Assembly: GCF_009914755.1 (NCBI RefSeq)
Contig: NC_060938.1
Source: the human T2T-CHM13v2.0 reference genome, Homo sapiens
Reading direction: 5' to 3' (one strand)
Length of the DNA stretch: 64,000 nucleotides
In this document: positions 25,995 through 37,620 of the stretch, one piece after another
Layout of the letters: the number at the start of each line of letters is the position of its first letter
How positions within the stretch are numbered: position 1 is the stretch's first letter
Notes under the pieces: generated by a model
The model's input: the letters and a program-made list of their open reading frames with translations, nothing else
Told to the model about the DNA's origin: nothing
Database searches by the model: none
Made by a program: the position numbers and the translations under genes

Positions 25995-26290
25995 TGCCAA
26001 AAAAATATAAAATGCAATCTTAGCCTCCAGGGTTATGAGTGTGATGCCTCAGATGTGGGGAAGGATGAGCTCCACTGAGCTTTGCCGTGGTTAGGCTGTG
26101 CCTAGAAAACTGAACTCAGCTCTAGATACCACCACAGAGAGATACAAACCTGGATCATGTTCAGAGGAGAGTGAACTGAGTGATGAAGGGAGCAGAAACA
26201 TGGAGCACAGCAAGTGAGGAGGTAACGGGTGAGCCTCTGGAGCAAAGGCAAGTGGACAGCATAACCACCTTCAAATATGTGAAAAGCTAA
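25995..26290 (+). mobile_element. CR1/L3 fragment (3' ORF2)
   Basis: aatgcaatcttagcc...ccactgagctttgccgtggttagg...cagctctagataccac...caaacctggatcatgttcagaggag resembles the L3 consensus. Confidence 0.6.
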
Positions 26291-26299
26291 TGTGATGGT

Positions 26300-26670
26300 T
26301 ATTATTTTTGCTTCCCAACTATTTCTAGCTCCCTGCCTCCTGAGCACAGACAGGTGAGGTCGTATGAATAATTCTAGCCAACAAGTCCAGAGCAGAATGG
26401 TATATACTACTTGCAAGCCAGAACATTTCAGTGCTGGTGAGACACTCTTTTTCTTCCAGTGAACGGCAATGATGAGAGGTGGTGGCTGGGCTCTGACAGC
26501 CTGGGTCCCTGAGTGATTAACATGAATAGGACCCCTAGCTTACCCTCAATGGACATTTTGAATGAGCAAGAAATACTAGTTGCTGTTATGGTTTTTATTA
26601 CTGCTGTTTCATGGCGCTGAGATTACGATCGGTGTTTGTCCCTGCAGCATAACCTAGCCTATCCTGACTG
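26300..26670 (+). mobile_element. MaLR LTR (MLT1-like) nested in L3
   Basis: Ends ...gcgctgagatt...tgtttgtccctgcagcataacctagcctatcctgactgata, the MLT1 3' terminus pattern. Confidence 0.7.
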
Positions 26671-27460
26671 ATAGGCGTGCCATGTGTGGAGGGACCAGTC
26701 TGACAACATATGGCTCCCAGGGTTAGAACTAGGAGCACCTCAGGCTGTAGCAGGAGTCATAGAATGTGTTATGGCATAGCATAAAAATGAACTTTTCCAC
26801 CAAGGTCCCTAAATATGTAATAGACTTCCTTTGGAGGGAAGATCACTGGACATCTTCAGTCTACAACCCTCGTTGGGGATGATGGACCTGGACCGGAGGG
26901 CTCTCCCAACCCTGAGAGGCTGGCGTACCACAGTGTGGAATGGGCTTAGCAAGCACACTATTATTGTGGCGTTTGCCCTAGGGGGCCCACTGGGGCAGGC
27001 CTGAGTTGGCTTACCATCATGTTTCCACTGGCCACATGCCAGGCCCCTGCTGCTTTCACTGTACCACACAGTCATGAATCTGTGCATAGCATTTCTGGGG
27101 GCTCAGCAGGGTGTACAAAAGGCATAGCAGCTCAGATGGCAATGAGATCAAACGAACGGCAAGGGCTCTCTCGGCCCACTCTTATGCAGAATGATAAGTA
27201 GTCCTTTGGGGCTCATGCTTGCATCATTAGCAACCTGGAGGCATTAGGAAACCTCTGAAGTTCACCCCTACTGATTTGTCCCTCATTATCCTTATTCTGC
27301 CCTCTAGGAACTAGAGCTGAGCACCTTTCCTAACAGTGCTGAATGCCAGTGTAAAGATCTGCTCTGGGGAGGTGTGTGTTCAGAGAAAGCCCCGGTAGGG
27401 GGATGAAGGAAAACATGTTTTTAGCATCAAAGACCGGGTTTGAGCACGTGCCCCCTTTTC

Positions 27461-27793
27461 CAATGGTTGGCTGGAGTTGGATCACACTGGCTCATGAGAG
27501 CTGATTGTGCACATCTCTTTCAAGTTAGTGCTCGGAGAGCTCACAGTGGTAGCTTAAAATTGGTTATTGTGGGAATATTTACACCATGGACATTGGTAAG
27601 TGTTAAAAGTCAGGCCTTTTTTTTTTTTTTTTTTTTTTGAGACTGGATCTCACTCTGTTGCCCAGGCTGGGGTGCAGTGGTGTGAGCCTAGCTCAATGTA
27701 GCCTCAAAGGCCTGGATTTCCTGGACTCAAGTGATCCTCCCACCTCAGCCTCCTGAGTAGCTGGAACTACAGGCTCCTGCACCATGCCCAGCT

Positions 27794-27840
<47 letters not shown>

Positions 27841-28010
27841 TTTGTAGAGATAAGCTATTGCTGTCAACTCAGGCTGGTCTTGAACTCTCTTAGCCTCAAG
27901 CGATCCTTCTTACCTGGGCCTCCCAAAGTGCTGGGATTACAGGCATGAGCCACTGCATCCGGCCAGGACTTTTATTAGTTTTATTATTTAGACAGCTTTC
28001 CAGCACAACC
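27461..28010. mobile_element. MER63A-like hAT element interrupted by an Alu
   Basis: gctggag...ggctcatgagagctgattgtgcacatctctt...ggtagcttaaaattgg...tgggaatatttacaccatgga...; end ccagcaca. Confidence 0.65.
27617..27964 (-). mobile_element. AluJ with expanded middle A-tract (T42 on + strand)
   Basis: Antisense Alu dimer; T-tracts at 27617-27638 and 27796-27837. Confidence 0.9.
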
Positions 28011-28129
28011 TTGCAAATAGGGAAATAGTGAGAAAATCATGGTCTTTGGAACCAGGCAGGACCAGGGTCACCCTGACTCTGCTCAGCTGTTGTCATTGAA
28101 GGGGGTGTGGAGATACTGAAACTTCCGTG

Positions 28130-28190
28130 AACCTTAGTTTCCTTGTCTGTAAAATTAAGAAACCTTAGTTTCCTTGTCTGTAAATTAATA
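28130..28190 (+). repeat. 31-bp tandem duplication inside a MIR
   Basis: aaccttagtttccttgtctgtaaaattaaga followed by aaccttagtttccttgtctgtaaattaata. Confidence 0.9.
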
Positions 28191-29399
28191 ACTAAAACCA
28201 AAATATTAACTACCTCAAAGGGTAGTGTGAGGATCAAATGCGATAATGTCCACAGATTGCTAACTAAATTAAGCTCCTTCCTTTGGGGCACATAGAGAAC
28301 AACTTCCAGGGAGAAAAACAAAACACCCCTGAATTGCAGCTTTTTTGCTTTTAGCTGTGGAAAACATTCCCAGAAGCTTCGCAGCCTCGCATCCTCGTAC
28401 CCCATTGGCCAGTTTAGCGTCACATGACCATCCCTAACACCAATCACTTGGCAAGGGAAAAATGACAGCCAAGCCACAGCTCCTGAGGGAGCCCTGGAGC
28501 CCCTGTTGGCGTTAGTGGGATTTTTAACGCCCCCTAGATGGTTCCAATGCGCAGTCAGAATACCGAACCAATGGCTGAGAGTCTAAGTCTCGGACAAAAC
28601 CTTAGCCCCCGGGGGCTGGAGAGAGGTTCATTCTCTCCTGAAGGACAAGGATAGAGAACCAAGTCAGGGTTCCGGGAGTGTGGGATCGGGGAGGAGGAAG
28701 GATCGCTGTTTATCAGGTAATCAAAAGTGCAGACTCACTCTCCATTCCCAGCTACTGGACAATCGTGGGGCAAAGAGCTCAGTGGGAAAAATCAAAGGCA
28801 TTAAAAATGGTTATTCTTAGAGATAAGGTGTATAACTATTGGAAAACAGAAATAAAGTCTTGAATTAAGCTTTGAGAAATGGTTCTATAATAGTAGGTGG
28901 GAGGGAGAGAGTTAAAAAAGCATTTGCAACTTATCTGAGAGGGTAAGACATGGCCAGTGATACTTAACTGAAGAGGACTGTTTGCCCTGTCAGTTCTGAA
29001 GCTCCTGTTACAGCACTGAGTTAAGCCCTGTGAACACAACATGTGTTTATTTATTGTAGACAAACCCTGCCACAAAGCCACAGGCACAGCACACTTCTCT
29101 GTTAGGTCTGTATCTCTTAGAATATTAGGACCCTAACTGGGATTCTAGCAACTTACTTCCTGAGGCTCAGAGCTGCCTCCTGGATTCAGAGAGCCTGTCA
29201 ACAGCGTCTGCTGAGTATATAACGTGGACTGTGAGAAATATGGACTTGGAATCAGGAGACATGGATTTGAAACTTGATGCATTCATCCTGGGCCGGCTGT
29301 TAAACGCTCCCAATCCTTGTTCTCTTCCTCTATTAAATGACAATACTAATAACGATACCCACCTCATAAGATTGTGATGAAGATAAAAAAGGATAAGTT

Positions 29400-29715
29400 G
29401 GCTGGGTGCATTGGCTCACACTCCTAATCTCAGCACTTTGGGAGGCCCAGGGAGAAAATCACGTTAGGCCAAGAATTTGACATCAGTCTAGTCAACAGAG
29501 CGAAACCTCATCTCTTCAGAAAACAGAAAAATTGGTCAGTTATGGTAGTGTGTGCCTGTAGTACTAGCTGCTCAGGAGGCTGAGGTGGGAGGATCACTTA
29601 AGCCCAGGATTTTGAGGCTGCAGTGAGCTATGATAGCACCACAGCACTCCAGCCTGGGTGACAGGGCAAGGCTGTTTCTTTAAAAAAAAAAAAAAGAGAG
29701 AGAGAGAGACAGAGA
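29400..29715 (+). mobile_element. AluJ with A/(GA)n tail
   Basis: Diverged Alu dimer (ggaggatcacttaagcccagga...gaggctgcagtgagctatgat). Confidence 0.9.
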
Positions 29716-32265
29716 ATAACTTGTGAACTCTTAATTCTTAATACAAATTACATTTGGTTGAGAGATCAGTATATCCGTATTTCCCCATCTAAAGTTCCCA
29801 TAGCCATCAGTCAAGGAAGGGAGGAGAAGAAGCACTTTCCAGTTCATCCTGGAGGGGGTGGAGTTCAGACACTGCTTCTAAGAGCAGTCCCCCATCTCTT
29901 CACTCACCCTGCTTTATTCCCCAGCCACCCTCACCCTCATTTGATTCCATTTGCCCGGAAGGGATGAGGAAAGTGGAACCAAGGATTTTTATTGTTTGTG
30001 TTTCCCACCACTGTCTGTCTCAGAGGCAGAACCTGAGAAGTCTGGAATTTCTCCCTGGTCCTCTCTGCACAGCCCCCAGTGCCACCCGTAAAGATGTCCA
30101 TTCCAAGTGAAAGCCACTGCACTTCAAAAGCAGCAGAGGTGGGCTCTCCTTCATGTTCCCTGTATGTGAGGGAGAGAACCAAACACCAGGGTCAAACAGA
30201 GGCACTTCCAAACCTGTGCCTTATTTCTGGGGAAAAAAAAAAAAAAGTGAGACTGATTCAGTCTGGGACATGGTAGCTTTCTGTCTCAGAAAGCTGGGCA
30301 GGACCAGAGAAAGTGGCTTTGTGAAACGCAGGGACAAAGCTAGCTCAGGGCTCTGCTCTTTCTCAGCAGACCATTAGGGGAATCAGGGCAGGCCTTCCCC
30401 TCCCAGCTGACTTGGAGCCACACAGTGGCTTCCATGTGACTCCATGGCCAGTGCGACAAATGCATGGCCTTGGCTGAGGAAGCACAGGGGCTGTGGGGAT
30501 GACTGGATCCCAGGTCCCAGGAGAGATAGCGAGACATGTTGGAAACACTGTGTCTGGAATCTTGTGCTTGACTGCTCAGGAATGCGTGGTCTGGGTAACT
30601 TTCTGGTTTGACTTACAGGAAGGTCTGATGGGGGCAGAGCGGGAATGTTGTAACAGCCCTAGATCACCTTGGAAAAATACTGTTTGCCTGCCAGCCCGGA
30701 ACTGCCATTCCAGGAAGCAGCTGCTGGTGAATCAGCAGCCTCCTCTTTCCTTGTGGCTCCAGGAAGCACATGAAGGGCCTCCCCCACCTCCTCTCCAGGG
30801 AGGGAAATGCCCACTAGCCATATACAGGCTCTTCTGGAAGGGACAGAGGTGGGGACTCCATGGCAGACTCTCCATTCCGCCCCACCCCCCACCCCGCAAC
30901 ACACAAAGGGAGTTGGAAAAGGGATGAGAGACCCCTAAGCCTCAGACTCAGGCTTTTGATGTAGAAAATCATACATGGTTTCTAAGTCTCTTGTCTGGAG
31001 TTCACAACAATAAAGCTAGGTAGAAATCTCTACACACTGCTTGGCATGGGTTACATTTGCCTCAACATAATGTCTGTCTCTTACCTGCAGATCCAGCCTG
31101 GGGCTGAGAAACTCACAGGAGGTTGTCGGTTGGCTCTGGTCAAGCGGCTGTTTGGGCATGAGTGCCATTTGTACTCAAGGTCAAGGGGCAGCCTTAGTAG
31201 GTCAGCTGGAAGAGTCTTGGGAAAAGGTAGGGGGACCGTAATGCCAGCTGTCCATTCCCTCCACGGGCCCTGTGGTGCCTCCACCTGGGTGGAGAGTCCC
31301 TGCTTTCTGCCTTTCCATTGGCCAATCTCTGGCCTCCTCCTGAGGTTGCTGCTGTCCCTGGAACAGCTTTGGGCTAGTGGACACAGCAGTTATGCCTCAA
31401 TTTCCCTATAGCTACATGGAGCCAATTAAACAGTGGACGGATTTGGAGAGGTGGATCATTTCAGATTCGCTCCTGGATTTTCACCCCCACTTAAGAGAGA
31501 GCTAAGTCTCCTTCTTTCTTCTCTCTCTCTTTTGCTCTTTTTCTCCTTGTGTGTGTCTGACTCACCTCTGTGCGGTTACATTTAAACACCAGTTTAGATC
31601 TCAATGACCCACATTCAGCCTTAGTGACTATGAAAGCAAGGCCATGCTCACTGATGACTCAGGAGAACTGGGGCCTTGAAAGATGAGCTGAGTCAATGAA
31701 TGTGAGCTGTGGAGTTTTTACCACTCCCCCTCTCCCAATCCTTTTGTAATGTACCCACTCCCTTAGCTTTCTGAGTGTCAGTGTCCTTGGCCTTCCAGGG
31801 CTTGTGTGAGTACATGGAGGAATCAAGGGAGAGGTGGGTGAGATGGCCACAACCACCCTCCGCGACTCTTCATCCTTGAGCCTTTAGGACAGGTGCCCCC
31901 AGGCTCCATGGGAGGCAGGCAGCTGTGCCGGCTGCAGCGATGTGAACGGGGAAGCCGAGAGGAGGGTGTTGGGACAGGAGCCAGCTCTAAGTAACCTCCT
32001 ACAGGTGATGGTTTTGGCTTCACCTGTTGGCCAGAGCCCTCCAGCAGAGAGGGGGAATTTATATGCTACTGTGAAACTTCTAGATACACCCGAAGTCAGG
32101 GTAGATGAAGGTAGAGGGAAGAGAAGGACCTCCCAAGGACCAGCCCCTGGAGTTCATTTCCTGCCCTTAGAAACAATGTCACCCTCATTTCTCTCCTTTC
32201 TCTACCTGCCTTTGCTCGGTTTCCATTCACTGCCTCTGTTACTTTTGGTTGTTTATGGTTAAGTC

Positions 32266-32427
32266 CAGTGGTTCTTATCAGCCATACTTGGAAACTTGTT
32301 AGAAGTACAAATTCTCAGACCCCATCCCAGGCCTACTGAATCAGCAACCTGGGGTGGGGCCAGCAGATCTGTGTTTTAACTAGCCCACCAGCTGATTCTA
32401 ACATCTGCTCAAGTCTGAGAACCCCTG
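32266..32427. mobile_element. MER5A hAT-Charlie MITE
   Basis: cagtggttct...gaaacttgttagaagtacaaattctcagacccc...actgaatcag...gagaacccctg. Confidence 0.8.
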
Positions 32428-32739
32428 GTCTCACCTCTCTCCCCAGTTAGGCTACAGCCTCCTAGAAAGTACTGACTTGAGAGGGCTTAGTGTAGTCCTG
32501 GGCACCCAAGGACTCAGCTCTGCACAGAAACTGTACCGGGAAAGTAGAAAGAAGATTCAAGGAGGCAGTCTGGTCATGATCAGAGTTTGAACCCAAAGGT
32601 TAGGCCCTGGGTTCCAGTTGGGTGACCTTGGCCAAGTCACTTACTTTTCAGACTCTCTGGTTCCTCCTCAGTAAAGTAGATGGAAGAACTGGGTCTCTGG
32701 GGTTTGGGTAGTTCTCATGTCTAGAAATCTGGATCTGGC

Positions 32740-32837
32740 CAGGGCCTGGCTCATGATTCCCCTCCTGCATGTGCTGACTCTGCCCAGCCCCAGTGGAAGA
32801 GTCAGCATGCAGGGGAGGAATAACGAGGCAGGCCCTG
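32740..32837. repeat. Imperfect inverted repeat (~40-bp stem, 16-nt loop)
   Basis: cagggcctggctcatgattcccctcctgcatgtgctgactct versus the reverse complement of the right arm, cagggcctgcctcgttattcctcccctgcatgctgactct. Confidence 0.85.
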
Positions 32838-33999
32838 TGCTTCTCCTGGTCCTCAGGCAGTTATTGTTTGTGAATGTGTGATATGGAGAGGTAGAGAGAG
32901 ATCTGAATCTAGAAATGAATTAGAAACATATTAGGAGAAGCCAGAGCCTTCAACAGAAATGAAGCCCGTCCTTTGAGTGCCTGTCCCTGGCAAGTTGAAG
33001 GTGGAGTCCCTCTGTCAGGAGCTCAGTTGAACTGGGAGAGGGAGCGCTGAGCTGCCAGGTGTCACAATAGTCAATTAAGGCAACAAGCCCAAAACAAAAG
33101 AGTCAAGCTTTCAATCATGTCCTGCAATGGTATAAGCAAGTATCTGAAACCAGAGAAAGCGTGGACTCTCCCTGTTCCATTTCCCCCATGGAACACACAG
33201 GGGCCCAGGGTCAAGTAGATCAGCAGGAATGTCGGGTTGGGGTGGTCTCACTGCTGACAGAGCCCTGAACAAAAGGCTCTGGAAGTTTTATGGACTCTGG
33301 GGCCGAGAGCAAGGGAGGGGGAAGGCTAGGAGTGGAAGTACTAGATTCTGAGTCATTGTGGGGAAAAGCGGCTTCAAGATTTCTCTCCCTTCCCTGCCCC
33401 ACCCAAAGAAGGCCTCAGCAGAGGCGCCTAAAGAACACCTCTCCCCAAGGCTTCTGATAAACCCAGGAATGAAGGCTCAGGGGCTAGGAATGCAAATATG
33501 TGATGACTACGACCAGCCAGAGAGACCTGAGACCTTGAGAGCTCCCTCCAGAGACTGCCACGCATGGGCTGTGCCCCAAGTCTGGGGTAGGGGTCAGCTT
33601 TCCCCGAGTTTGTGGTCAGGCCTGAAAAATCACACACAAGTTTTTCACCAGGAGGCCCAGGGAGATACTATGTGGCCTCTTCTCCCACCTACCTCTTCTG
33701 AGCCACGCTTTCCAGCTGTCAGGCAAGTATCAGGGCACCTACCTCTGCACAGAAGGGCAGTGACTTTCTCCAGGTGGAAATCGCTTTTCATCCAAATGTC
33801 TAGGCTCAAATCTCTTGGTTCCTGCATTTTAAGTTATGGGTATCTCTGGGAAATAATTGAGAGGACTAAGTACAAACACCCATCAAGCCTTCACATTATT
33901 GGCATGTATAAGATTCTGTTAGGTCAAGTGGCATCCTCCTTACCCTTTTTCTGAGGATGACCATGTGTTAATTGCTACAGACCAGAACTGTCTTCCTGA

Positions 34000-34392
<393 letters not shown>

Positions 34393-35767
34393 TAGCCTAT
34401 ACTGTTTTCTTTATATTATATACTTATATGTCCTGTCTTTTCTATCAGATTGTAAGCTTCCTGAGGACAAAGATGATGCCTTACATGTCTATATGGCACC
34501 CAGAGTATTTTGCTCTCAAATACATACTGCTCAGATAAGCTTTCAGGATATAGAACTTCAGATACCCACAAAACCATCTCTTCTAGTGTTGTCTGGAAAT
34601 AAGTCTTGTGTTTATTCACTTTTACGTATAACTGTATCTCATCTTTCCAGGAAGATTGGAAACATATTCATGTTTAAGGCATCACAGTAGCTGACTCATC
34701 ATTAGCTGTCAACAAATAAATACTTCACAATTAGATTTCTGGGAACAGTCTTCACCAAGAGACAGAAAGTTAACTGGAACTAAAATTTTAATCCCCTCAA
34801 ACTCCAAGGAGACCTGTTTTCCAGGCATGATCCAACAGAACCGCTGCTTTTTAGAGTACCTTGGAGAGGCTATTTCTGAGGACAGCAAGCTAACAGGATC
34901 ACCCCCCACCACCCTTTGCTTCAATTTGCCCTAGTACTCAGACTTAATTGGTGGGGACATGGGCATGTGTATAAAGCACGTGGAGATTATTTGTTATAAT
35001 TCATCAGGGCTACCATTTGAAATTGGCCAGCACAGTCATCCCTACTTGACCATAGTAATCAAGATGTGGCTGAGAAAGAAGGAGTGTTTGTTTCAACAAG
35101 CCAGAGAGCTGGTCTTCTGCTTTCTAAATGGACAATTTATAAAATTTAGATAGAGAGGCATCTTCCACTCTAGGCATGTACAACCCACCCCGCCATCCCA
35201 GTACATTCTTCTCTTTCCTTACATTTACCCATCCCTCCTGCCCCTCCTGCTTTCTTGAAGGTGAGTGAGCAGGTCCCAGGCTTACAGCTCAGTTGGACTG
35301 CGGTTGCCCTGTCTTCTCTGGTGATTTCTCTGTCTTATGGTCAGGAGCCAGACTCTGAGTCTGTTCAACTATGTAGAGGAAAGGTCACTAGAGAAATTCC
35401 ACTTCAGCATTCCTCTAGGGATCAGAGATTCTGACTGCTCAACAAAATTACCTGGAGGAGAATTTTAATAATATGGCTTCCTGGAACTTACCCTGAAACA
35501 TTCTGATTCAGTCAGTCTGGGGTGAAGATCAATTGGCTATATTTTTCTAAATCTTTATAGATGATTCTGATGCACTGGCAAGTTTGGACATTGGATAAAT
35601 TCTAAGCTCTTTGAGATCAGGAAACAGATGAATCTCCCATTCTGTATCCCACAATGACTAACTCAGCACCTGGCACACAGCAACACTTTAGAAATTGTTA
35701 TTGAGTCAATGAACAAATGGATGGTTGAAAATAGGGTGATGGATTGGGAGTACAGTCAACCTAGCAT

Positions 35768-36258
35768 CTTTTAAAATAATTTTTAAATTGACAAATAATA
35801 ATTGTACACACTCATGGGGGTACACAGTGATGTTTTGATATGTATTGTGTACAATAAATCAGGGTAATTGGCATATCCATTATCTCAAACATTTATCATT
35901 TCTTTGTGTTGGAAAATTCAATATCCTTGTTCTAGCTATTTGAAATTATATATTGTTAACTATAATCATCCCACAGTGGTATAGAACAGTACAGCTTATT
36001 CTTCCTATCTAGCTATAATTGTGTTTACTTTAACAAATCTCTCCCTATTCATCCCTCCCAGCCTCCAGTGTCCTCTGTTCTACTGTTTACTTCTATGAGA
36101 TCAACTGTTTTTTTTAGCTTTCACATAGAAGAACATACAGTGTTTAACTTTGCCTTCCTGGTTATTTCCTTCAACATAATGTCTCTCCATTCTACCCACG
36201 TTGCTGCACATGATAAGATTTTAGTCTTTTTTATGGCTGAGTTGTATTCCATCGTTAA

Positions 36259-36293
<35 letters not shown>

Positions 36294-36333
36294 ATATTTT
36301 CTTTATCCATTCTTTTTTTTTTCTGGACACCTG
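35768..36333 (-). mobile_element. 5'-truncated L1MA-type 3' end with TSD; contains (AC)16
   Basis: attgacaaataataattgtaca...atcagggtaattggcatatcc...; TSD gtcaacctagcat at 35755 and 36334; (AC)16 at 36261-36292. Confidence 0.88.
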
Positions 36334-37249
36334 GTCAACCTAGCATTTTACCTAAAGGCTAGGCAAGGGCCAATGGAGGCAGAAGGCCAAACCAGTCACA
36401 GTGGGGCCAGGGATAGGAATAAGGCAGCAGCGTGGGGGTGGAAATAGAAGAAAACTTAGGTAATTTGATCCCCAAGTGGGAGAACATGACCCCTGTCCTT
36501 GAAAATGCTGCTACTTTCAGCGGTGCTGCCGCTTGCTGCCCCTGTGCTGGGACTGACAGGCCTTGCGCTCTCCAGTCCCACTAAGAAAGCAAATTGGATT
36601 GGTCACTTCCCTGTTTAAACCTTCCAAGGCCCTGCATTGTTCTCAGGATGAAGTCAATTCTCCTTTCTCTGGCTGAGTCCTGGCTCCTCCTCAGCCCATC
36701 ACTGCTACTTGCCCTCATCTCTCTGTGCCCACCGGCCACCCTGCCTTCCTGCAGATCCTACCGCCTGCGGTGTTCTTTCACCAGCCTGTCCTCTCTGCCT
36801 GCAATGCTCATTCCCTGCCCCCATGTTCCCTAGCAAACTCTCCTGCGACCGTTAAATTACAGCCTAAAAACATCCGCTTCTCTTTTCCCCTGGGGGCTGC
36901 CAGTTCCCTGGGGTAGAGTTCAGTCTGTTGTGTCCAAAGCCTAGCCAGTAGATGCTCCCATGTTTGTTGAATGAACAGAAGTTGGGACGGGAAACCAACA
37001 GACTCTCAGGACTGGGGTTTGTTTTTGTTCCTGTAAAACTGGATTGGTTCTGCAGAGGCACAAACAAGCCCGTTGATTTAGATCTATCGAGGAATTGGGG
37101 TAGGGGCAGGGGTGGCAGTTTTGCTAAGAAGAAAAGCAGGTGAAAGTGGGAGATTCCAAAAGAGACCAGAGAGAAGGCAGTGTGTCCTGCCCAATCTGCC
37201 GCTAGGGTCAGAGACCAGCTCCCTAGTCACACTCGGCCAAGGCAGGCTG

Positions 37250-37620
37250 CCGGGCTGACTCCAACTCTAAACAAAGCCAGGCAGCCGCCCAGGTGGGTGA
37301 AGGCTGCAGATTGCGCTCAGGCGTGACGCCGGGGTGCAGGTGGGAGCGACGCCCGGGTGCGTGGGTGCAGCGCTCGCCCGCCCGCGGTTAGGCGCACCGC
37401 GGGAACCGGTCAGGTGCGCCGTGTGGGGCGGGGCGGAGGCAGGGCGTGCGCCCCCAGGCTGGTGCCTGGGGCAGAGGATTCGCCTGCTTGACGCGCTGAT
37501 GCCTTGATTTGGTCTGACAAGTGGAGGCTGCTTTGAGAAGCGGCCTGTATTTTTGACATTCAGGAAGCTAGAAATAACCAGCTGGGCTCCTGGCGCTCTG
37601 GCCGCAAATGTCTTGCGCTT
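37250..37620. promoter_or_regulatory. Small CpG-rich promoter/enhancer-like element
   Basis: Only non-Alu CpG-dense patch in the window. Tandem GC boxes GGGGCGGGGCGG at 37425-37436 and a TGACG half-CRE at ~37324. Confidence 0.6.

Noticed and set aside
28525-28545. CTCF-like CGCCCCCTAGATGG
   Set aside because: One-base spacing error relative to the core motif, and it lies in a MER5-like relic.
33358-33954. Longest ORF (198 aa)
   Set aside because: GTG start, no recognisable domain, 3' part runs into MIR-like sequence; within chance expectation for 64 kb read in six frames.
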